From the NCBI GenBank assembly GCA_977862235.1, contig OZ374557.1:1860001-1924000 (forward strand): a DNA stretch of 64,000 bases, written 5' to 3'. The first letter of the stretch is position 1, and every line of letters begins with the position of its first letter. Source of the DNA: Dudresnaya verticillata. Lineage: Eukaryota. The translations under genes were made by a program, and so were the position numbers. The notes below the pieces were generated by a model, which had not been told where the DNA came from, made no database searches, and saw only the letters and a program-made list of their open reading frames with translations. Below, in pieces: positions 48,477 to 59,567 of the stretch.

Positions 48477-51400
48477 TCACATGGACCGTTGTACCCATTG
48501 TTCGATAGGATGGCTGAATCTGGCATTTTCCAGAATGGAGGACAGAGCTTCGCATGGGGTCTTCTTTGTTAATGAATCAGCCGGGTTATGTTCGGAGTGA
48601 ACAAAACCAACTTGTGAAAGTTCGTTGTCTTTGTAAGCATTCTTAACTACCGCCAGGTCTATCATGAGATGTTTTTCGGCAGTCACAGTTGCCTTTGTGA
48701 TAACGTCGAATAAAGACAAACTATCTGTTAGAGAAACAATAGGCACTTCTTGTCCAATCATTCTCTGGAGGTCGTGTTTGATAGAGTAGGCCATGTCAAT
48801 TGCATCTGCGAACGCCATTGTCTCACTTCCTAATACTGATCTTGAAACGCGTTTGGACTTATGTGATGACCAATAGACGGGTTGACATTTGTCATCGGCA
48901 TCGGCTAGAAATATAATGTAGCCTAACTGAGACGTTCCATCAAAGTTATTTCCGTAAGAGGCATCCGAGTAGACTTGTATTCGAAGAGAGTCCTTTTTCA
49001 GCTTGGGGTAGCGAAGCGGCATGTTCTTCTTCATTCTAAGTCTCCGTAATATGGCATTCATTGTTTTAATGTGCTCGACTGGTTCTTTGTTGAAGCGAGC
49101 TTCAGTAACCTGAGCACATTGGGGGACTGAGAAAACAATGTCTGGCCTCGTGTTCGTGACCCATGATAACTTTGCTCTTAATGAACGGTACGCCTTGAAG
49201 CCAGAGTCACTACTCAAATGTTTTAGCTTGGAGATGTGCTTTTGCTGGTGTACTTGGAACTCTGATCCGTGAGTCTCCACTTGGACACCTACAAACTGAA
49301 AATTGTCGTAGACTCTTTCTCGACACTGAAATTTCTCTTCTGTTTTTCGGGAGGCTTCTAGGAACTCAGGGCTTCCTGCTTGTAGTGAGTCATCAACATA
49401 TGTAGCACACATTCCTGCGAGTTTCTCGTCCATTAACTGGAAGAATAGTGCACCATCCGAAGCTGTTGTTCGCATTCCAAGTTCGTTCCGGAGGTGATCG
49501 TAAAGGGGTTTCCCCAGTAGTCTCCACTATCCGCAAGACGATACAGTGGTTTTAAAAGTGTTAACAACTGATCCTTGCCTAGTTCAAACTCGCCGGAGGG
49601 TTTTATGTATACGTCTCGCATCAGTTTCTCGGCGCTTTGGAGGTATGCTTGAGTTACGTCTGTAGAGTATAGACGGAAACCGAACATTTCGGCGAGCCCT
49701 ATAAGAACGCGAGTTGAGTGTTGCCTTGCAGTGGCAGTATCGTGCACTAAGGACGTCTTCATACGATCTCTGTATCCTTGTACGACGAACGTGGTCTTCC
49801 GAACTTCTTTGTTGGTTCCCTCATCCTTAACTGCAAGTACAAAACGTCCACCTAGTACGTTTGCACTGTCTTCAATCTCCTCCTTTAGAAATATTTTCCA
49901 AGTTCCTCTTTCTATTAAACCCTTTATCTCTTTCTTCTTTGCAATTTCGAAGCGAGGGTCTTTTGCTCTGGGTCTCCAGGTTTGATAATCTCGGTTAAGT
50001 AAACTGAGAACGGAGGGGCAGTGGGTCTGTTACTTGTTCTGAAGGAAGTAAGTAGGTTCTGGTAGAATTCATCAGGATTTATTTCACCCCCCGGTAGGTC
50101 TTGTTTGTCTCGGAAATATGGTTTCACCTGCTGACTGTTATACCTCTCTTTGTCTTTGGTATCTGTATTGTCAACCGTAACCATTCTCCCATCGAAGTCG
50201 AAGTCAAGGACCCTGTAAGGTCCAAACCACTTGTTTCTCCATTTCTCTTCCTTTGCAATGAGAACTTCATCTCCTGGAAGATAGATTCGATCAGCTGCCA
50301 GAGGAACTCGATGTTGTAACGCGGCCAGTACCCTTCGTTCAGAAATAATAGTATTAGTTTCCGTGCGAGCTTCGTTGAGAATGTTCATGCGTTCCTGTTG
50401 CGATGGCATGTTCGAATTGGCGATTGGAAATCGGGGGATAAATCCGAATGCGAGTAGTGATGGTACCAATCCATTTCCTCCGATCGTATCATTCATTGCT
50501 TTTACAGCAAGCTTAAGGACAGTATTCGGTGATTCTTGAGGGTGATTATGGCGGACGTTGTTATATATTCGTCTTAATGGGCCATGCATTCTTTCTCCTA
50601 TACCTAGGGAGTTATGTGCTTGAACACCCGATACCTGTAGCTGTATCCCGACGTTGTCCGTAAATTCCTTCCATCGAGGGGATGTAAATATAGACCCCGA
50701 ATCGGCCTTAATGCGGTTAGGATAACCTGTATACATTGTACACCATACTTCAATAAACGCTCGCCAGACTCCTTCTACGCTTTGGCCATATTTGGTGAGA
50801 TGAGCGTCGAGAAAAGTAGCTGCGGAGAAGCGGGTTGTAGTATCTACAATGTTTAAGACTGCTTTAGAGTCAAGAAACATGAGATCTAGTGACAGCTCTT
50901 CCCCAAAGACTAGCTTGTCCGTGTGTGGCATCTTGACTTTGAACCTGAGCGGTGTTGGTCCGAATCGTTGGCAAGTGTCACAAGACTTACTTATGTCTTC
51001 TAGTATGCCTCTTGTCTCCTTAGTCATATCTTGTAGCCTTGCTCGTTTCAGGAGATTGTACAGTTTGTCGTTTGTTGGATGTTGAAAGCCTCGATGTAGT
51101 TTTATGAGCTCTGACTTTGTGAATAAAATGTCATCAGTGTGTTTCCGCTCTAAGTACACATGTCCCAGTTTCCTGACTACTTCTGTACTCCACCCTCCTT
51201 TGGGACATCTTAGTCTATTCTCGACTGTATTAACGTAGACCCCGAGGGTATCCATTACGTCGAGTCCAATAAGGAAGGGAACGTTTCCTTGTACTACGTC
51301 GACTTCTACTACTGCAAACGATTCTTTGGTAAGAGGGATTCGGATATTTATCGATCCGAGCGACTCTTGGGTATCCTCTCCGAAACGGTAGCTGTTGCCG

Positions 51401-51733
51401 TTCTGTTTCGGTTTGAACTTGACGCCCATATATCGACAGTATGCCTTGGCCTGATTTAGACCAATAACTGTGCGTTGAGCGCCTGTGTCAATTCATCCTC
51501 CATTCCACGCTTTTGTAGGTAAACGTTGGCTACTGAAGTTTCAAAAACAATGTAGCTGTTCATTTTAGACGCTTTGGTTCTATCGCGTTTCTTCTTGCGC
51601 CAATATGTAGCAAAAGATGACCTTGTAGTAGGCTTCTTCATTCTACACCTGGTTTTATGGAGAACAGTCTCGAAGTAAGGCCCTGGACTTTTTATGGGTC
51701 TTACATTTCGACGGTGGATGTGGCTGTCTCCGC
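48477..51733 (-). pseudogene. pol: Copia pol (PR, IN, RT, RNase H) with several frameshifts and stops
   Basis: IDTGAQ (~51492-51475), HRGFQHP...[58 protein letters not shown]. Confidence 0.93.
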
Positions 51734-53323
51734 TTAAAAATCCTCTATGTCTAGAAGCTCGGCTAGACCTTTAGTCGTCTCTTCTTCCTCGTTAACAACA
51801 CGTTGGTGGAAGTTGGTCGCGGCTTCTTCTTTTCCATCGCTATCATCTTCTGATGAGGCAGATGACGGGATGGGTGCATGTTCTTGTGCGAAGAATTCCT
51901 CGAATACTTCATCCTCGTCATCGAACAGGGCGTCCTCAGCTTGGAGACAAAGCTCGAACAGCATTTGCTTAGATTCCTGCAGATCTGTCTTAATCATTCT
52001 GCTAACGTTGCGAAGAATGTTTCTTCCGTTGGGGCAGTTGCGAATAAAATGATCCTTACTTCCGCAATTATGACACTTCCGAACGTTTCCGAACTTGTCT
52101 ACTCCGTTCCTACCCGCTCCGGCGTCTTTGTTTCTATCGCGGAACGGCTGGTAAGTTCGTGGAGCTGGTTGGTAGGTACGTGGGGCTGAGGAGCGGGAGC
52201 CTGGTTTAAGAGGTCTTCCGTACATTCCTTGACCTTGGTAGTACAAACCTGGGACGGTATTACCGTCTGAAGGGGGTGAATATCGGGATGAAGCTCCATC
52301 CTTCTTACGTCCTTCCTCTTCTTCTTGTTCTTGCAGCCATGCCGAATCTAAGGCCGTGTACAGTTGCTGAAAGTCCCGAGGTGGAGTAGCAGACTGGGCG
52401 TTTGTAAGGGGGCCTTTTGCCCAACTAGCGCCTACAACTGCTTTATACAGATATTCGACCTTATCTTCTTGGGACTGGCGGGTTTTCGGACCTTGCGGAG
52501 CGAACTTTGTGATGGTTTCACGTAGTTCCTCAAGGGCTTCAGTTACGGTGCACCTTTTCGATTTAACGATGGAGTTTAGTCGTAGGCTTTGGAGGTGTTT
52601 TCGAACGCGGCTCTGACGCGTGATGTTGTTGAACTCATCCTGCATAAGTTTAATGGCAGCTCCAAAAGTATCGCATTGGTCGAGAACCTTTTCACGGTAA
52701 AAACTTTTTGCTTCTCCATCGAATACGTTGTGGAAGAACTGTAATTTCTGGGAGCTCGTCAAATCGTAGTCGCGACTGGCATCCAGATAGTTGCTGATGT
52801 GTTCGGATAGATCTTCTCCGAGTTTTCCCGTGAACTTGTCGGCATTCTTGAACCTTGTGGCAATATTGTGTGCCAGCTTCTGTTCGTCCGTTATACTAGT
52901 GGAAGAGTGAGAACCACTGTGTGGTGCATTGCTGCCGTTACCCTGCTCTCCTATTTGACTCACGTTCGATGATGGAACTATAAGACGGGCGATTGCACTG
53001 TTACATTCTGCGTCGGTCGTATAGAGCATATTAGGTAGTCCATAGGCGATTCGGTTGTTATCAGGATGCTGCTGATATACTAAGCCCTTCAGACTAAGGT
53101 AATCGCGGATAATCCTAAATAGTGTGGCCGGGTCTCTCAACACATCCTCATCGTATAAGGTTTCCACAGGAAAGTCCTCGCGGAGAGCTGAAATGGTCTC
53201 TCCGTCAGGTGGCTGGGGGTCGGCTGAAACGTGTACAGCGAGTGCCGCTTTGAGATCCTGCTGAAAATCCGTGCTCGGGGAATACCCATTTAATTGACTT
53301 CGGATGGATGTTAAAGTCACCAT
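51734..53323 (-). CDS. gag: Copia gag
   Basis: 529-aa ORF with knuckle CHNCGSKDHFIRNC; ends G GAT TTT TAA. Confidence 0.9.
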   Translation of the reverse strand: MVTLTSIRSQLNGYSPSTDFQQDLKAALAVHVSADPQPPDGETISALREDFPVETLYDEDVLRDPATLFRIIRDYLSLKGLVYQQHPDNNRIAYGLPNMLYTTDAECNSAIARLIVPSSNVSQIGEQGNGSNAPHSGSHSSTSITDEQKLAHNIATRFKNADKFTGKLGEDLSEHISNYLDASRDYDLTSSQKLQFFHNVFDGEAKSFYREKVLDQCDTFGAAIKLMQDEFNNITRQSRVRKHLQSLRLNSIVKSKRCTVTEALEELRETITKFAPQGPKTRQSQEDKVEYLYKAVVGASWAKGPLTNAQSATPPRDFQQLYTALDSAWLQEQEEEEGRKKDGASSRYSPPSDGNTVPGLYYQGQGMYGRPLKPGSRSSAPRTYQPAPRTYQPFRDRNKDAGAGRNGVDKFGNVRKCHNCGSKDHFIRNCPNGRNILRNVSRMIKTDLQESKQMLFELCLQAEDALFDDEDEVFEEFFAQEHAPIPSSASSEDDSDGKEEAATNFHQRVVNEEEETTKGLAELLDIEDF

Positions 53324-53505
53324 TTTTTCTTGCCTTTTTGTGTGTTTTTTGTTTTAGGCTATCTTTTTTTAGACTATCTCTACTTTGTGTTCTTTTTCTA
53401 TTCGTTTTTTGTTTTTTTCGTGTCCTACCTTCCTTTTTCTTTCCGTCTCTTTTCTCGCTTTTTTCCTCCTCTTTTTTTCTTTTTTTTGAAGTGTTTAACT
53501 ATTTA

Positions 53506-54151
53506 CTACTTATAATTGAGCCTGGCGGAGAGGTCTTGATTACGAGCGCGTTGTAGCGTATTTCTGTGCTTCTTGCCTATAATATGCTTTTCGTAGTCGT
53601 GCTTGGAAATAAAGGATAAATCGCAAGGTTTGCAACAGTGTTTCGCACGCGCGTCGCGGACTCGGTCGAGTTCCTTGCGATGCGCGATACCGCCTAGGTG
53701 GATTGTGTATTGGTGCCAATTAACAAACCAGCGAACACAGTCCTTGCACTGAACGCGGCGATTCTGTCGACGGCGAGTCTTCTCGATAATGCGAGCAGCG
53801 CGCAGTATTGTTGAAGACGAGGCAATAGGTAGTGTCTTCAGTTGGCGCTGTGTCTGCTCTGGTTCTTGATGAGAAGTATTATCCGATTCTGAGTTGAAGA
53901 TTGAGGTAGAATTTAGACTCGTCGTGCCGGCTTGATGCGCTTCTTCTTCTATTAATGGTCGTGCAGTAGGTACTTCGTAGCTTGATGATGAACTTGACGA
54001 TTCGATACTGGCCCCCCTGCGTTGCTCTCGCAGAACAGATGGGTCGTTAGAGGCTCGTTTCAAACGCGCCACTAAAAGAAAATAAAACGTTAGAGTCCCA
54101 CGTAATTAATTCCTGATAGAGACGCTTTGATACAGCAAGTATCAACTTACT
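53506..54151 (-). CDS. Copia accessory gene: 188-aa protein with two matrin/JAZ-type C2H2 zinc fingers; ATG formed across a predicted intron
   Basis: CKDC-x12-HLGGIAH and CKPC-x12-HIIGKKH; A(54151) joined to TG(54071-54070) after splicing. Confidence 0.75.
54072..54150 (-). other. Predicted 79-nt spliceosomal intron
   Basis: Donor GTAAGT at 54150; branch CTAAC, tract GTTTTATTTTCTTT and acceptor TAG ending at 54072. Confidence 0.75.
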
Positions 54152-54305
54152 GTTTTCTAATACCGTTTGTTGTCTATGATAGACCAGAAAAATTCTGAGG
54201 GTTGCTACTCCAAGGAATACCAGTCAGTGGTTAATTCCTTGAAGAAACAGTAGCCCGAAACAAATAATAAAAGAATTCTTCTTGCGATCGACGTATAATC
54301 CGGAT

Positions 54306-54934
54306 TGTCGTCAAATCGGCTTGGGTTTGTCCACGGAGGTGGACGGGTCTTGGTGTTGGGATGATAACCGGCCCTACTCGACGGTATGTAGTCGGGTGGG
54401 GTCGGGACACACGCGGGGGCCGGTGCGTATAGTGCCAGGTAGATAGCGACGGCGGCCGGTGAGCTGACGAAGTTCTGGAGAGGTGCAGTTGGTAAACTTC
54501 TTGGTGCCGGGAAGTATGGAGCTTCCCGGTTCACGGCAACTTTATAGTCCTGTAGCGCTAGGCTTGACTGTGTAAAACTAAACGGAGAGGGGTAAAAGAT
54601 AAACGGAGAGGGGAAAATTAGAGGGCGCCACCCAGGAATGGGTCTAAACAGTACCAAATAGAAGCTATTCCTACAGCGTGGAGTTGGCCTCGCTGTCCAA
54701 TGTTTGTCTAAGCGACGGTAAAGTAAACTGCATGGGTGACCTGGCCCATATTCTATAGTGGAGGAGGATAGAGGTATCAATAATACCTCTGCTGCCTTTC
54801 GACTCCTCCACTGTATGAATATCAGGCCGACGGCCGGCCTGATTTTGCTGTCCGTAGCAGCCCTTAGAAGTCAATATGACTTTATTCGTAACAGTCCTGC
54901 TCCGTCGAGCAGTCAGTACTGTGGAAGTAAGACA
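54306..54934 (-). repeat. Copia 5' LTR
   Basis: TGTC...GACA, 629 bp; minus-strand TATA-like CTATAAA at ~54541-54547. Confidence 0.95.
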
Positions 54935-55891
54935 GTATATAAGTCGCCGGATGCAGCGCTATTTGCGAGAACAAAGTTAACAGACAGACACGGATTTTAC
55001 GGAGCTCACGGCACATTGCAACGATTTATTAATTCAGCCGACCCCCTCGCCGTCCCCTTTCGCCGTGCGGGCTCGTTGCAAAGAAGTTTGCACACCAGAA
55101 GCGCACTGACGCGCGCGCGAGCGGAGACAGATGTTTCAGTCGGCTTGACACGGCGACGTGCCCGCGAGCGAGAGGGGTGGCAGGCCGCCCGGCTCCGTGT
55201 CATTCTTCAATCTGCATCCTCGCCGCCATCACGGAGACCGGCAATTCCGTGGCAATGGTTCACGCGCTCTTTGACGGGCGCTGGTGCGAAGCTCTCTGTG
55301 AGGCACACAGGTCGCAGATCGGGCGCGCGGCGCCGTTGCAACGGGCTTCACTGAAGGCACATTCACGGCGATGCCAGTGTTTCCAAGCGACAGGGACCGC
55401 GCTCTACTCGCCGAGGTGCACTCCACGGCAAGTAGGGCACATTACGTGCACTGGACGTCACGAATCGTAACGCTGGCCGCCCTATGTGAATTGCGGAGCT
55501 CTCACAGGGGAACTGGGTCTGCAAAATGTCACACGGCGCATGTCACACGGCGCATGTAGTAATTCGCTAATAAAGAAGAGAACGCCGTTTTATTTTAGTA
55601 CTATTATCATTAAATTTGGGAGGGTCGTTTTTGTAAAATTGCGGTACAGCTTGGTATCTTCCGTGATTGGTTCGATGCAGAGCTGAAATTAATCTAATCC
55701 ATTGTATTGTATTGGGTACAAAACAAATGGAAGCCACAGCAATTTCTGAAGGAACTATTGAAGTTGGAGGGGACGAAACGAAAAGAAAGTGTTGCGAATG
55801 GGGGTTTTATTGGCTGACGAACGGGTTATGATAAGAGTCGTGAAAGTAAACGGAAAAACAAACATTTAATGTTTCGTCCTACAGCACTGAA

Positions 55892-56061
55892 TGTAGTAGA
55901 ATGGCTTCTAAGTCAACGAGGACAACAACACAACAATACAGCTGTCTTAGAGGCTACTCCACTGCGTAGATGGTAGCTCGGTAAAACGGGTTGGTAGAGA
56001 CTTGATAGGGCTTAAAGCCCTAAGAAGAGGGGAAAAAGGAAGGCGAACCCAGCCGTGTAGA
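55892..56061 (-). mobile_element. Probable fragment of another LTR interrupted by element C
   Basis: Starts TGTAGTAG and shares short blocks (gtagaatggc, gtagctcgg, tggtagag) with the C LTR. Confidence 0.4.
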
Positions 56062-56661
56062 TGTAGCACAACGGGTCCAGCCCAGGAAGAGCAAAAAGAA
56101 CAAAGGACACCAGTCCGGAACCGTCGTGCTCACGGGTAGCTCGGGTGTGGTAGAGGCTTGGTAGAATGGCGCTAGGCCAGGAAAAAGGAAAAGGGAAAGG
56201 GGGACGCGACCCGGTATTCCGCAGGGAACCTGCCGTACGGTGACGAGCCTGTAGTTGGCGTCCAAAAAAGGGAACGGGAAGCACCCGGAATCCAGAAAAT
56301 GGTCAAGACCGAGAAACGCCTCGTGGGCTTCAATCAGGGGTGCCCTGCTATTCAGGGGACCAATAAATAGGGCTTGTGCCCGTGCTAATACTAACTACTA
56401 CAGTGTACTGTACACGAATTACATTAAGCAATGGGAGGCGGATCTACGCCCCTGTGGCGGCGTATAATCGGGAAATATCCCAGCGCCGCACCAATGATCA
56501 GGCGCCAATTGCGTTTCTGAGGCGCAGATGATTTCGCGCCAGGCGCCAATCACGTGTCGCATCATGGGGCAGCCCAGCAATGACAGCTTCTTACAGGGCA
56601 TTGGCCCGTTACGACTTACAGCGTCGAAGGCCCATTTGGCGCAAATCGCCGTTGTGCCACA
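56062..56661 (-). repeat. 3' LTR of element C (600 bp)
   Basis: Termini TGTAGCACAACGG and CCGTTGTGCCACA (12/13 inverted match) adjacent to the PPT; partner LTR not in the window. Confidence 0.75.
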
Positions 56662-57226
56662 CGGGCCCCCTCGTAAGACCGAGAGCCCCGCGAGGTCTGA
56701 GCCGTTCCCAATTTGCATTGGCATTCCGCCAGATTTTTCGGGCCAAAGCCGGCGTATCGTAACGTCTGCGACTGGGACGCTGTCGACGAGAAGTCCCGCA
56801 CTCTGAGCCAGCGCTCCGAAATCGTGAGCTCATATCGGGGTCTGCACCCGCGTCGTCACAAGGTGTTTTGCGCCGGTACCCATCCCAACTCGCGCACACA
56901 TCGCGGTATCGTCGTCCTCATTCCTCGAGCGTGTGCAGCGCCTTCCTTCCACGCTTCCTCCGCGGGTGTGCCTCTTCGGCAATCTCTGCGTGTCAACGCC
57001 GCGCGCTCGTCTTCTTCGCCGACTTGCGTCTCCACGCAGTACGGATAGCCACCGCGAGCCGACGTTCGCCCAACGCGGACAGCTTCGCGCCCAACGCGCA
57101 TTATCCTCCACGACCGACCGTCTGGTCAAGTCAGCGACTTTTCAGTTGCCAGAAGAAGGCCTCCGGGCCAGGCCCGTTGCAGGAGAACTACAGAAGTTCT
57201 TCGAGAGCCACTCACGCCTTGGCACC

Positions 57227-59567
57227 ATGCCCGTGAATCCGCACTTCCAGTACGGACAGCCAGGGTCTTCCGACAATGTGGCGCCGGTCGCCGTGGTGGC
57301 GGGAGGCGTTCCCGTGGACATAGCGGCCAGCCGCGACTGGCAGGTGCGTACAGACCTGAACCATGTGAGGCCCCTGGCAGGGGCCAATCGGGATGAGATA
57401 CGCCGCTTGGGCGCGAAGAGGGCAGAAGCCAAGGCTTGGAACACTCTGATACGTACGCGGGTGAGTCAGCTCTCGATGACGACGTTTCGTATCTCGACCC
57501 CGGGACTGTTCCCCTTCGACTTAGCGCGCGCCCGTTGCCGCTGGGAAGTACCGTGGGTGGAGAGCATGGCGAGCTTCATGAGCGATCGGAAGTACGTCCT
57601 GGACGAAATTGCCTTGTCCGACAATTATGACCTGCGGGCAGTAGGGCATAAGCGTCCCTTCATTCGCGCGGGCCGGGACAACTTCCCCTACAACACCATA
57701 CGGATCACACTTCCGAATAACCGGACAACGTACAAGTACCATCTGGATACGCCGCAGACGGCTCTCCCGCACGAAGCGGCCCGCTTTGAACGTCGCCAGC
57801 GGCATCGGACCGGGTGCTTGGTCCCGTGCCATTGCCAAGCGGTTACGGCTCTCAAGCCTGTGATGTTCGCGAGTAAGTATCCTCAGATATGACCGGACTA
57901 CGAATACTACGAAGTTTCGTATTCGATGCCGGTGGGAGTGCCCACCATTGTCGCCTACCAGGCCTGGAGCTGGTACAATCGTCCAACACGAGCCTGTTGT
58001 GGCTTCTTTATCGGCAAGAACGGATCGTGCTCATCACCCAAGTCTTCATGTACGAGGCGTGGAAAGGCCGCCTATTCTTCATCAAGCAGAAGATACGCGA
58101 TGATATTCGCGAGATCGGCTCGTCGGAGTTTACGGCTAATGCCGATGACGCCATCGGCTTTGACTCGCTCCTACTCTTTGTCGAGCGTATCGTCTGGCGA
58201 CGAGTGTCGAAGCAAAACCGGTTCTTTCCTGCAGATACGGGCACCATAACACCGGTGTTTGACCGTGGGGATTGGGTCGACTTCGACCCTGAGGCCTGGG
58301 TGCCGGATATTCCCGAAGACTTACTCAAGGGTGTCCCAGTGGACCCGGCTTCCTTGGAAGCCGATGAAGGCATGCGCCTGCAATCCGGCTTCACCGCGGG
58401 ATGGGTGTGTAATAACTGACACCAACCGAAGGCGCCTGCGGAGGTGCCCGCGTACGACGCCTTGACAGACGGTCAGCCTCTGGGCCCTCACACCCCTCCG
58501 GTTATTCACGGCCGTAGTAAAGCGGACGCCGTGATTCGTGAAGTATTCCGCCAGCGAGGTTTGGCTGTGAGGATCCATACTCACTGGAATATCCAGAACC
58601 TGACGGTGCAGTCCCTTTCGGATTGGGTAGAAGCAGCCATGGTTGACTACGAAGCCTCGTGGTTTACGGTTCCGGGGCCCATCCATCGTATGTCGGAACA
58701 TTTCCAGGGCTTGTCCCGTTTGGGCGAGTCCGCTAAGGTGGAGCGACAAGCGCCTGTCGCGCGAGAAGAATTGACCAACACTGCGACCAGTCCGGCCCCG
58801 GTGGCATCTACAGCCATCGGTAGCGGCCCCGGGGGAGCCGCGTCGGTGGCTCCCATTGGGGAGACTCGACCCAGAGGTCGTCATGGCATCGGATCAGCTG
58901 GGCGTCGCGCCCGTCAGGAGGAGGAGATAGCGCAAGGCTTGGCAATTCAGGGCGTCACCATTCATGGTAAAACGGGGAGTGCCCCACTTGCAGAGAGGAG
59001 CGACAATCGCGAGGATGACGCGGCAATGGCGTCTCTTCCTCCTGTTTCGGAAGCTGCCCTTGGGGCAACCCCGTCTCAAGAACCGACAACAACGACGGCA
59101 GCAACGGCACCGGCCAGCGGGGGGGATGAGGATCGGATTGAGCCGGTCCTGCTGCGCCGCCTGCCCCAGCGTCCACTTCGGCCCCTGTGGCAGTGGACAT
59201 GTCTTCCCCGCCGACGGGTGAGGCGCCGCTGTCACTACCTATTGAAGGCAACGCGGTGTTTGGGCCTGGCCCGACCGAGGCTGATTCAGTGCAACTCGTC
59301 TCTAGGACAGCAGCAGTGGACAGCGCCAGGGTGTCGCCCGATTAAGAGTCGCAAGTCATGCAGGAAGAAGGCGGGGGCCTGGTTAAGACCGAGCTCATCA
59401 TTAAGGAAGAGCTTGAAGAGGAGCCAACTCCTATGGAAACGGACCCTGTTCAGCCGCGAGTGCGTCGCATCATCCGCGAAGTGCGGCGTATCGTTCACCC
59501 AGTTGGTGCCGTGCGTCCAGCTAATGTGGACAACGACGAGGTAGTTGACCTGACGGAGGATGAGTAG
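57227..59567 (+). pseudogene. Antisense extra ORF of element C, disrupted
   Basis: MPVNPHF... with TGA at 57890 and 58417 and frameshifts near 57960 and 59130; homologous to the A antisense ORF. Confidence 0.75.

Larger units (their letters stand above)
34681..54934 (-). mobile_element. Full-length Ty1/copia element (GalEa-like), 3' LTR interrupted by element B
   Basis: 629-bp LTRs, TSD GTATA (34676-34680 and 54935-54939), domain order gag-PR-IN-RT-RH. Confidence 0.95.

Noticed and set aside
55892..56402. TGTAGTAG...CTACTACA as a 511-bp LTR or solo LTR
   Set aside because: Flanks differ (CTGAA versus GTGTA) and no PPT follows; 56062-56661 has a longer inverted repeat and an adjacent PPT.
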